A stretch of DNA of 64,000 nt from Squalus acanthias (lineage: Eukaryota): contig CM059432.1 in NCBI GenBank assembly GCA_030390025.1, positions 51,772,001 to 51,836,000 of the forward strand. Reading direction: 5' to 3'. Positions 1-11,269 of this stretch are shown here, piece by piece. A program made the position numbers and the translations under genes. Each line of letters begins with the position of its first letter. Positions within the stretch are counted from its first letter, which is position 1. The notes beneath the pieces are model-generated. The model saw only the letters and a list, made by a program, of their open reading frames with translations, made no database searches and was not told the DNA's origin.

Positions 1-1294
1 CTTCATGTCAATTTGCGAACAAAAATAAGTTATTTTTATGTTGAGGTGAAAAGTACATGCTGAATTAGCCAGCATAACTTTAGAAGGAAAATCTCTCCTT
101 TTATTGGTAAAGTGATTTGCAGTTATCACAGTGAAGATAGATGAATTAAAAAGCACTGCATCTTTGCATTAATTAAACAAGGACATCCAACTTATATTTT
201 GAGACCAATCCAGATCTGGACAAGCAAATTTAGTTTACATAAAGCATTAGAATATTGTTTTAGTCAATGATTGAAAACTTCAGTATTCTTTAGAGTCACT
301 GAACAAATGACACCTTTCATCTACTAGCTTATAGGGAGTATAAACCTCTCAGCTGAGGGCGGGTAATTACTCTATATCTACAACCACTATGTACTTTCCA
401 AAAGAAGTGAATCCCCAGCCACTTCTAGCTCAATGCAGACAAAACTACCACCAACCAGTTCAGCTCAGTGTCCAGCTGAAAATATGTGTAATTGTTCTAA
501 ATAGCCTATGGTGAGGCCAAGATGTTGAATTTTTGAAAGGATAAGACACAGTAAACAGAATTGCCTGTGAACAGTCTGTTGCTGTAGGTGGGTGTTGGGG
601 AGGTTGCAGATTTGGGAACAGGTGTGAAGAATCCTTGAGAGATCCAGTGAATGGAAATAACCTACACCTGTACATATAGGTACTGAAATAGAGGAGAACA
701 GGTGGGATAATTAATGGATTCAAACATTAATTTAACAACCCAAATTTGAAAACAATTATCATTTTCTGAAAAACATGTTTTGGTCTGAACTAATTCATTG
801 AAATAAAAAACATTTTTTTTAACTATTTACTGCTCTTCTAATGTAACATGAAAGATAGATCATTGAAGGATCCTGTTGTGCATAAAGTCTTTATCAATAA
901 TTCTTATTATAATTTACATAGTTGACCTGCTTGATAACTTGTGTTTCAGGTCACATTGCTCTTGGAATATATTCAGTTTTTAAGGGACAATCTGAGTTTT
1001 TGTCAATCTGAATTCAATCCTCCTGGCCCCACAGATATAATTAAGTAAATAAATAATTTTTAAAACCTTACCTTTTGGCATCCCTGCAACTAGGTACAGA
1101 CCCTGGTAATACTTTAGGTAAAGGGAAGTATTTCAATCAAACCAATGGGCCAATTTTCTTTCTTCACAGCCTGGGTGGTAATCTTTAGGTCTTCAGCTAT
1201 ATTTTGGATTAGTGTACCCATGGAAATGTGTTTTCACATGGATGGGGTGGGAGGCAGAATTCAACAGAGAAAATGACAAGAGACAAAAGAATAC

Positions 1295-2097
1295 GGGGGA
1301 AAAATTGGGTATCGCCCATTTTGGGGTGCTAATATCGGCCGGGCGCAAAGTTTAGCGCCTGGCGCTAATTATCGCCTCCGACTGCAAAATTCGCCTCTAT
1401 CGCCCCTGGAGGTGATTTGAGCGCTAAATCAGGCACTACACACCTCTCTTAAGGCGCAAACGTCAGGGAGCGAGGTGCTACCTCAGAACGCTACTGAAGC
1501 TCAGGCGATGCCAGTTACCATGGAAGCCAGGCACATTGGCGCCATCCCGTTCTTAAAGGGGAGGGGCCATCTTGCTGGCCAGCCACACCCTGCTCATTGC
1601 AGCCTTGAATCTCGGCCTGGAGAGACCTCAAAAGCAATTGTGTTGGAAGCACTAATGGATAGGCCCAGGGAAAGAGCTCGGCGCTTAGGAAACTCAAAAG
1701 TGGTGCTGAGGGCCAAAATTCCTTAGGACAGCGTTAAAGCCAAAAATTTTGCCGACAAGAAAAGGCAGGAAGCGCCCGCCTTTAAATAGCGCTCCCCCAG
1801 CTCCTTCCCAACTTGAAAACGTTCCCCTCTACCTGTCGTTCCTAGCGGCAGGCACCAAGGCAGGGGGCGCGACTCAATATCCAGTCCAGGGCGCTACTGG
1901 GGCATTACATGTTCGACTGATGTCACGATCTGCGGGCGCAGGAGATCGTGTCGGTAGTGTTTCGCGCCGCCGCAAAATGACTGGTCAATTTCGCGAGCAG
2001 CACTAAAATCGCCGTGCTCGGGCGCTAAGTTCCTAGCGCCCCGTTAGCGCCCCCAGAGGCGCTAACTGGAGGCGCTAACCAACCGAATTTTTCCCCC
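1295..2097. mobile_element. GC-rich non-autonomous PIF/Harbinger-type element (MITE family A)
   Basis: Termini GGGGGAAAAATT...AATTTTTCCCCC, many subterminal TAGCGCC/GGCGCTA repeats; homologous to 6208-7099, 38498-39386 and 62882-63630. Confidence 0.8.
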
Positions 2098-2100
2098 ACA

Positions 2101-2224
2101 TGTAATATATGTGGGTAGACCAAATGAAGGACAGAGACACGATGAGCGGCTAGTTCATGTGCTTGCTTTACTAGGCCAGAGTGAACTGAGCATGCTCATA
2201 CCAAACCATGTGATATACATTACA
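2101..2224 (-). repeat. 3' LTR of Gypsy element (124 bp)
   Basis: TGTAA...TTACA; aligns to 5607-5743; preceded on the minus strand by purine tract AAGGGGAAAAACAG. Confidence 0.92.
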
Positions 2225-2348
2225 CTGTTTTCCCCTTAAAAAAATGTATGTATTCCCCTCTCAAATACAACAAAACTATGGTCCCACCTTTCCCAGTGTT
2301 ACATGTACCACCTAACAAAAACTCCTGGCATTTTTTCTTTTAAATAAT

Positions 2349-5300
2349 CTACAAATCCAGTTTAATAACAGGTTTGCGGAGCCTTCCTGATCTCCTTACT
2401 AAAGGTTTTGGTGTTGAACCAGTTTTCAGGCTGTTTTGTTTTGGTTCCCAACTCAGAGAAGTAGGTACCATCACTCTGTTTCCCCACTTGATACAATCTT
2501 GCTCACAAGACAATTCAGTACGATAGTTATGGAATGTTTTCAACTCTGTGTCCAGACACTGATCAGTCCATCCATTCAAGGTGTTTTCATACACTCTTTT
2601 CAGTACTAAATCCTGTTGAGTCTCATTTGAAATCTCAGTTGCATTCACGGGAACGTCTTTGTCAACTGCACCTAGCATGAAAATCTCACCTTCACTCCCA
2701 ACAGGAGTCTTCATGTAGCAACCTGGACAAGGCATCTGCAATTGCATTTTGCTTTGAAGTGCGATATTCAATCATGTAATCATATAATCATATTGTGACA
2801 ACAACACTGCCCAACATTGCATTCTTGATGCGGCCATTGCAGGGATGGCAGATTTGGGCCCCAATATTGCTCGGAGCGGTTTGTGATCGGTTATCAGGGT
2901 AAACTTTCTGCCGATCAGAAACTGTTGGAATTTCTTGATTCTAGGAAGCACTATGGCGAGTGCTTCCTTTTCAATTTGCATGTAGTTTCTTTTGCTCTTT
3001 GTGAGGGTTCGTGATGCGAACACGATTGGTTTCTCTTGACTGTCAAACATTACATGGCTTACGATAGCTCCCACACCATAGCTGGAAGCATCATACGCTA
3101 AGTTAAGCTCACACTCTGTGTCGTAGTGAACAAGTAGAGCATCGCTAGAGAGACTTCTCTTACAAGCGTCGTAAGCTTCCTGTTGCGCTTTTGTCCACTT
3201 CCACTGGACTTCTTGAGGAGCTCGTGCAATGGAGCTAACATGGTTGCTAACTCAGGTAAGAAACGTGCGTAGTACTGGACCATTCCAAGGAAAGATCTTA
3301 ACTCAGACACGTTCTGTGGCTTTGGAGCATTGATGACAGCATCAACCTTTTCCTTAACTGGTTGCAAGCCATTTGCATTAACTTTCAGTCCAAGATACAC
3401 AACCTCGGGCTGCACAAAAGCACATTTTCTCCTTTTCAATTTTACATTGTGGGAATTCAACCTTTGAAGCACTAAATCTAACACTTCTAGATTTTCTTCC
3501 TCGCTGCTTGTTGCGATCAGCACATCGTCTTGATTGCATAAGCAATTTGGAATTCCTTGCAAAATCTTATCCATCATAGCGTGGAAGATTTTGGGAGAGG
3601 ACTTTACACCATACAGCAGCTTGGTGTATGAGTACAGTCCCTTGTGTGTGTTGATAATGAGGTACTTTTGACTCTCTTTGTCAACATTCAGCTGAGCATA
3701 AGCGTGTGACAGGTCAAGCTTAGAGAAAACCCTTGACCCAGAGAGTGCTGCATACAAATTTTGTGATGTAGGTAACGGGTACTGTTCATCGTCAACCGCT
3801 TAGTTGATAGTAACTTTGTAGTCACCACACAAGCGTACAGTTTTGTCTGCTTTGGGCACTACCACAATTGGGGTAGCCCATTTACTTTTGTCAGTTTTTA
3901 CTAGCACTCCGTTCTCTCGCAGTTTCTTTAGCTCTTCCTCCACCTGACTTTTCAACGCATATTGCCTTACAATAGACAGGCTTCGCATTGGACTTGATGC
4001 GGATATGCGCGTCATACCCAGTGATTCCCTCATAACTGTCTGTGAACATGCTTTTGTACTTGTTCAGCATTGTGTCGTGTCACTTCTTTGAAGCATCTAC
4101 ACTGAAGATGTTTTTCCAGTCTAGTTTTAACTTTCTCAACCAGTCTTTGCCCCCGAGGATTGGCCTGTTGTTGTAGCTCGCTAGAATATAGGCAGCTTTA
4201 CTGACTGGCCATTGTGCTGAACTGTACATTCCATTTGTCCACATGTCTCTAGGAATTCTCTGGAGTAGGTTTTTAACTCTACGGTACTCTTTGTAAGTGG
4301 TATTTGATTAAACTTACTCTTATATGTGTCCTTACTCATGATAGAGCAGTCCACCGCTGTGTCGATGCACATATCAATATATTGGTCATTGATCAAAAGA
4401 CGGAAGTCTTTCTCACAACTGCTAGCATTGCCGCTAGTGCCATAGATACTGTAGATGCCTAGTTCTTCCACATCAGGTGTATTCACTTCAATATTGTGAA
4501 CTCTTCCCTTTTGTTGTCACTACTTTGCATTGCCACTAGAATGGTTCTTACTTCCTGCTTTCAAACTAGCTCTGCAAGCTGTTGAAATATGGCCTTGCTT
4601 CTGGCAGTGAAAACACTTCACATTTCTGTATTGGCAGGACTGTGGTGAGTGATTTCCATTCCAGCGATAACAATTCACTGAACTGCTGTCACTGACATGC
4701 TTTTGACTTGGTCTCACAACTTTAGGTTTGGCGGTGGCTTTTTGACTGTAAACCTCAGCTGCACTAGTCACTTGAGTTGGACGGAGCTCCTTAGCATTCT
4801 TAGACACCATCTCCATAGGTAGGGCAATTTTGCATGCCATGTCAAACGTTAGGTTCAGAGTGTTCAGTAATTTGGACTGTGTGTGCTCATCCACCAGTCC
4901 ACACACAAACTTATCTCACAACACACGATCCAAAAATGTGCGAAGTTACAATGCAAAGACAGGTTTTTAAGAGCTACAATGTACTCACTGATGGTTTCAC
5001 TTTTTGTTTTTGATTTCTGCTACCAAACTGCTATTTCTAATGACTTTGGGTCGAAATGGTCCTCGAGTTTCTTGACAATGTCTTCAAAAGACACATCCTT
5101 CGCTTTCCCTGGCGCGAGTAGTTTTGTCACCGTTCCGTAGATATCTGGCCCAATCTCTGTTAGAAAAATTGCTTTTTTACATTCACGAATTACTTTATTT
5201 GAGCTTGAACATTCTAATCTGCACCTTCAGTCTCAATAATGTTATTGGCCTTAAAAAAACATCTCCATCCGCTCAATGTAAGAACTGAATGGTTCATGAG

Positions 5301-5349
5301 CTCGGTCATACATGCCGAGGCTTCCGATGAATCCCATAGGCGCGGCCAT
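2349..5349 (-). pseudogene. Gypsy gag-pol pseudogene (Gag-CCHC, protease, RT, RNase H, C-terminal stub)
   Basis: Starts MAAPMGFIGSLG; motifs IDTAVDCS, WATPIVVVPK..VRLCGDYK, FSKLDLSHAY, NQDD, IEKEALAI, TDHKPL; multiple stops and frameshifts. Confidence 0.92.
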
Positions 5350-5584
5350 GATTGTCCCGATCCCATTGAACAGTGACTCAGCACGCTACCTGTGTACCTG
5401 TGAGAATCAACACCGCTGTTATTGTGTGTACATACACATGAAGGCGAAGCACAGACAATTCTACATAAGCGTTAACAGTAAAACATCGCAAAAATTCAGT
5501 TTAGGTGTCACAAATTCACCTTAAACTTTTCCACTCGAAGGTTGAACACTGTGTCCTTCCAGGATCCCTAAAAATGGCTTTGGG

Positions 5585-5602
5585 ATCCCATCCTCGTCGC
5601 CA
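5585..5602 (-). promoter_or_regulatory. Primer-binding site complementary to the tRNA-Ser(GCT) 3' end
   Basis: Minus strand TGGCGACGAGGATGGGAT just inside the 5' LTR; plus strand ATCCCATCCTCGTCG-CCA matches the recalled vertebrate tRNA-Ser(GCT) 3' end. Confidence 0.85.
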
Positions 5603-5606
5603 GAAA

Positions 5607-5743
5607 TGTAATATACGTGGGTAGAACAAATAAAGGACAGAGACACGATGAATTGCTGGTCCATGTGCTTGCTTTACTACGCTAGAGTGAACTGAGCATG
5701 CTCATACCAAACCATGTGACAAACCATGTGATAATACATTACA
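5607..5743 (-). repeat. 5' LTR of Gypsy element (137 bp)
   Basis: Matches 2101-2224 with about 10 substitutions, a 1-bp indel and a 12-bp tandem duplication (CAAACCATGTGA). Confidence 0.92.
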
Positions 5744-6207
5744 ATACACAACAGATTTGCTTTAGCTTCTATAACTGGTAATTATGAAGCTTTTATCAAT
5801 GATTTTGGAACAAAAAATCTAAGATGGATTTAGTGCTGAATTTCCAAGAGTAATTTTTAAAAATGTTATCAAACTGAATTTTATTTCTGATACATGTGTT
5901 CATGTAGTTACTGATGCCTTGATATGTCTTGAGGAATTGTTTTGCATGCTCTATTAAATAGTAACAATTAACATGAGTATTGTATTTGTGAAGAAGGTCT
6001 GCAAAGAAAGTGGCCTTGTTTGCATGGCACAGCAGTCATTCTGAAACCAATGGGAAATTAAAGGCAGAATATTTTTGAGATATGAAAAGTTGATTTATGT
6101 ATTTTGTTCAAATATTTTATATGGTGGTCAAGGTGGCACATTACATTAACATCAAGAACATTCAATTGTAAGGTGGCACATGAATACTGTTATACACAAA
6201 ACATAAA

Positions 6208-7099
6208 GGGGGAAAAATTCAGTTGGTTGCGCCTCCCGTTCGCGCCTTAAAAGGGCGCTAATGGGGCGCAAAGCATCTAGCGCCCAGGCGCGGCGAAGTT
6301 TGCGCCGCTCGCGAAATTAATTAGACATTTTGCGGCGGCGCTAAACACTACCGCCACGATCTCCTGCGCCGGCAGATCGTGACGTCAGTCGAGTGCGCAA
6401 CGCCCCGGTATCGCCCCGGAGCGGATATTGAGTGGCGCCCCCTGCCTTACCGCCTGACACTAGCAACGACAGGTTGAGGGGAGCGTTCTGCAGTCATGAA
6501 GGGAAAGGGGGAGCGCTATTTAAAGGTGACCACTTCCTGCCTTTTATTGTTGGTGCCATTTTTGAACTACGCATTCTGAGAGAGAGAGAGAGAGACTTCT
6601 GGAGAGATTCAACGTTGTGTGAAGGAGTTTTGGGTACTGAGCAGCACTTTGCAGGTTCATTTTGATTTGCCATTCCTTGTATCGATTTAGAAGAGACTGT
6701 GGGGGCTGCACTCTGAGCTCTTTGTCTGGTACTCTCCATTGTTCTTTCCAGCAGATTTGATGTGCAGGTCTCTCCAGGCCGAGATTCAAGGCTGCAATGA
6801 GCAGGATGTGGATGGAAAGCAAGATTAACCCTCCCCTTGCGAACTGGCCCGTGCCATTGTGTGTGTGTTCCATTGCTGACTGACATTACATGAGCTTCGC
6901 CAGCGCTCTGAGGTAGCGCCTCGCTCCTCGGCCTTTGCGCCTTAAGACAGGTGTGAAGTGCCTGATTTAGCGCTCCAATCACCTCCATGGGCGATAAAAG
7001 TCAAGTTTGCAGTCGGTGGCGATAATTAGCGCCAGGCGCTAATCTTTGCGCCCGGCCGATAATTGCGCCCCAAATGGGGCGATACTGAATTTCTCCCCC
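6208..7099. mobile_element. Harbinger-type MITE family A copy (inverted relative to 38498-39386)
   Basis: TIRs GGGGGAAAAATTCAGT / ACTGAATTTCTCCCCC, TSD AAA; near-identical reverse complement of 38498-39386. Confidence 0.88.
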
Positions 7100-8391
7100 A
7101 AAAGATATTAATACTGCCTCTGTCTATACCTTTGCTGTTCACCCAAATAAGATATGCATAACAGCAAATGAAAGGGACAAACAAAGGGCAAACTTTTTTG
7201 CATTATGGCAAAATGCATTTGCTCCTTATAAGATAGAGCAAACCTATTTTCCCGTACTTCAGATACAACAGAATTCATCTTGCTATTTGTATGATTTTTT
7301 TCAGTTAATGTAGGAGTATAATTTTTCACAACGTCACAAGATATATATGTCTGAAAAGACCAAAACTATCGATTGTCAGCCAACTGAATGATTAAAATGA
7401 TTTAATTTCATATCAAAAGCAAGAAGTAGGTCCCAGTCTAAAAATCTATTGATTTTAGCTAATGAATGACGCAGTAGCCTTTAACCAAATGGAAACTGAA
7501 TTATATGATGCAAAATTGCCCTTTGATTCATATTTCTATATCATTTGAGAATGATTTCCAATTTAGACGGGAATTGTTTTGAACTATACTCGTACGTTGC
7601 TGAAGCTTTAGCGTGGCTTTATTGGAAATATATCTTTCCTATATTTCTTTCATGAGCCATTAATATAGTATCATGATAAAATCTTATGATTTAAAAAAAA
7701 AATCATTGTAAATACAAATTTCAACAGGGGTTTGGTTATGGATTTGTTTTAAAAATTAAAGCTCTTTATCTTAATCATATCCACTTTTGTTTGTGCCATT
7801 TGCCAATAATTTTAGCCGTACCTTTTTAGGGCCTCTTCCTCTTCTTGATCACCAGATTTTACTGAGCACACACTCCACCAAGTAAGCCCTCAAAACTGCA
7901 TCGGGGTCCTATACACATCATAGGACTGTGATTTGCATAAATTAACGAGGCTCCCGTCTGATTCAGGCAGAAGTTTGGGCTGCCCAGTGGAAGGCCGAGT
8001 TAAAATGGCGACGGAGCAGCAATGGGTGGTAAGTCAACCACCTCAATTTTACCGCCGCTACTGCCTCATTTCTGCCGGGCGGAGAGAGTTAAAATTCCCC
8101 CTTTGCTTTTCTAATGACAGCCAGCAGACAAATTATTACTTCTGAGCAATCGAAGGCTGCATTCTTCCAACAATTTTAGTAGGTCAAAAGCTGTGGTATT
8201 TAGGCTTTTAAATTGTCATCAGTTGACAGTGTTTATTTTTTATCCTGTCTTCATGTAAACCATATAATAAACTTTCCATTATTCATTATACTTGGCAAGG
8301 TGGCCTTGAGTTGACAGAACACTTGACTATTCTTTATACTTTTATCAGCCCTATTCCACCATAGAGCATGCTGGAGCATTCATTATAACCA

Positions 8392-8528
8392 ATACTAAAG
8401 CAAAATACTGCGGATGCTGGAAATCTGAAATAAAAACAGAAAATGCTGGAAATACTCAGCAGGTCAGGCAGCATCTGTGGAGAGAGAAACAGAGTTAACG
8501 TTTCAGGTCGATGACATTTCGTAAGAAC
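8392..8528 (-). mobile_element. Penelope-like (pLTR) fragment with degenerate minimal hammerhead ribozyme
   Basis: 11-bp TSD CATTATAACCA (8381-8391 / 8529-8539); minus strand begins GTT-CTTACGA-AATGTCATCGACCT-GAAACGTTA-AC; body resembles the common shark PLE terminal repeat. Confidence 0.75.
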
Positions 8529-8569
8529 CATTATAACCATATGAACAGCAACTGAGGAGCGGAAACTTT

Positions 8570-9063
8570 GGGGCCTATTTTCATAAGTAGCGCACATTGG
8601 GTAGTCGGTGGGCAGAGCAATCGCATTACCCAGCTGAGAGGCCCAAAACATTTTCATGGTCGAGCCTCATCTGTATAATTTATGCTCAATGATCAGGGAG
8701 GGCGGGAAATCTGGCGGGTTCTCTCCGGAGCCGAGTGGAAGTATGGCCTTAAAGAAGTCACGGGAACCACTGAGTGACCGGCAGTGGGTGGGATGATTTC
8801 TGTTGGGCCAGGAGGAGCATTTGTGCTCTTTCTGGCCCCACAAAAATCAGTGGCACCACTTTTTTGTAGCACTTTTTTGAGTGGCCTCCAGCGGTTCTTA
8901 TCAGGCCACTCTACGTCCAATACCAATGGGTGGAGTATGCGTGGCGCACTCCACCCATTGGTACCTGAATATAGCACTGTGTCCTACAAATGCTGTAGGT
9001 CTTTGATTTAAATAATTTAATACGTCTCCCACCCATTTTCGAGGGTCACTCGAAAATCAGGCT
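8570..9063. mobile_element. Old Harbinger-type MITE
   Basis: Imperfect TIRs GGGGCCTATTTTC / GAAAATCAGGC; internal 16-bp hairpin; related in reverse to 41581-42255. Confidence 0.55.
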
Positions 9064-9776
9064 TTGGGTGTAATTGTAATTGTAATTTTAGGCACCTAAG
9101 ATAGCACTTGCATTTGCAGCAATTATTGAGGAAGAGTTTTGAAAACTTCAGACGCAAAATGCGAGGAAAAAAATTCTGGCAAGCACATTGGGGTGGCTTT
9201 TCATCTTCACAGCCTGGGCAATTATCTGGTCAAGCAGATTGCCAGCTCATTATAGAATGGAATGAAAATTGGACAGATTCTACAACGGGCAGGTGATTCA
9301 AAGGGGGAAATTTTAATCCCCAAGAACGGGTGGGATGAGGTCGCGGGGCAGTGAAAATTGAAGCGCGATCGCAACCCGGTGCCCACTTCTGGGTTTAAAA
9401 GAAACATGTTTGGCTGCGTGCGAGTAACCTGCTCGCCGGAGTCAGAGCAATCATTAGGACAAGTGGGTCGGTAAATAGCACAGCCTTTAACATCACTAGC
9501 GCATGGCAATGAGGCGATTTTAAATTTAATTAAACAGGCATGTGAATTTAACACCTCTACTGCGGGTTCCCCAGGACTCAGGCAAACTCGCCAGTGAAAA
9601 GGAGGTGAACTTTAAAGTTCAGGTTGCACAATCTACATAAAGGCTCAGTGCTTACAGGTGCTTTGTGAGTTCCCTCTGGCAAATGCTTCACAGAGAGTTC
9701 TTGTCAGCATGGAGGTTTTTGAGAAGTTTGGCAGCTTTCAAACAGGCACCAGCAGGATGGGAGGTGCCTTGGATGT

Positions 9777-10953
9777 TTTCAACCCTACATTGGACGAGGA
9801 AGACAATCACCATCCACAGCAGCTGTGGTGAGATCGGGAGGTGCACAGGAGGGAGGTGCACAGGAGGGAAGTGTGGTGCAGAAAAGCTGATAGGAGAGCA
9901 ACAGAGGGGCTGAGGTCACAGGAAGCACTACCCATGTAAGAAGGTCTATCGACAGAGGCTCAGCTTCCTTGACCTAACTGAAGAGCAGTGCCTCCGTAGT
10001 GCCTGTGTCAGCTCAGACTGACATCTGCAGCATCCTTCAAGAAGAGCTGCTTCCTGATGGAGCTGGTGAACATGCATTGCCTGTCGCTGTGAAAGTCACC
10101 ACTGCCCTCAATTTCTTTGCCTCTAGCTCCTTCCAGTGCACCACCAGAGACACGTCAAGGGTATCTCAGTTGGCTGTCCATAAATGTATACAGCAGGTCA
10201 CGGATAGGTTGTATGCCAGGGCGTCAACTTATGTTAACTTCCCCTGCTACGACAATAGCCAAAATGAGCGGGTACTCACATACGCCTCCCTGGCTGGCTT
10301 CCAACAGGTACAGGGTGCCTACAGGGCACAGGTGGGGATCCGAGGACGACCGCATCAACCAGAAGTTTTTATCAACCGCAAGGGATTTTATTCCATCAAT
10401 GCGCAGCTTGTGTGCAACAACAGGAAGGGCTTCTTGCAGGTGTGCGGAAGTTTCCCTGTGAGCTGTCATGATGCTTTATACAGCAGCAGTCCAACATTCC
10501 AGGCCTTCTTATTCCAGGAAACAGGCTTAAGGTCTGGCTCAAAGGAGACAAGGGATACCCCTTCAAACTTGGCTCCTGACACCTGTGAGGAACCCCACCA
10601 ATAAGGCACAGGAGCACTATAATGAGAGTCACATAGCCACCAGGTGTATCATCAAGCAAGCCATCGGCACGTTGAAGATGCGCTTCAGGTGCCCAGATAG
10701 GTCTAGAGGCGCCCTTCAGCACTCACTAGCGAGGGTGTCCAGAATAATAGTGGTGTGCTGCGTCCTGCGTAGCATTGTCCAGCTGAGAGGATTAAAGGTG
10801 GAAGACGATCAAGGCGCTCATCAATCATCTTCTGATGAGAAGAACATTGAAGAGGAGGAGGAATATGAAGAGGAGGCACCCATCCCCAGACCAGCCGTGT
10901 ACATTGCTGCCCGGGAAGCCAAGGATGCCCTATTAGCTCAAAGGTTCAGTTAG
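9777..10953 (+). pseudogene. Harbinger DDE transposase pseudogene
   Basis: [55 protein letters not shown], acidic tail; frameshifted. Confidence 0.9.
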
Positions 10954-11269
10954 TTATTACGACGGAACAAATAACAAATGAAAGCCACCGTCACTACCAA
11001 CTGCAGTATCCCCCTCCCCCCCCCCCCCCCGCCCACCACCCCACCCCAACCCCTCCCTTTGCACAAAACAATCCTTTAACCACACATACACCTATTGCAC
11101 ATCCACCCAGTGGGTCCTGTCATGTATTGGTGTTCATCATGAAGCAAGTGAAAGGGCGAGTTGGTACTCGGGCGCAGTAATGGGCAAGACGTGGATGTGG
11201 TGCTAATCAATGAATTTTTTGTGGTGTTGTCAAAACACCCATGTGCATACGCTTGGTGAAGTACAATTG

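Larger units (their letters stand above)
2101..5743 (-). mobile_element. Decayed Ty3/Gypsy LTR retrotransposon with short LTRs and integrase core deleted
   Basis: Direct LTRs TGTAA...TTACA at 2101-2224 and 5607-5743, PBS, polypurine tract next to 2224, gag zinc knuckle (CFHCQKQGHISTAC), protease, RT and RNase H fragments on the minus strand. Confidence 0.95.

Noticed and set aside
1066..1125. Possible small minus-strand host exon (donor GTAAGG)
   Set aside because: No recognisable peptide and no partner exons; cannot be supported without RNA or conservation data
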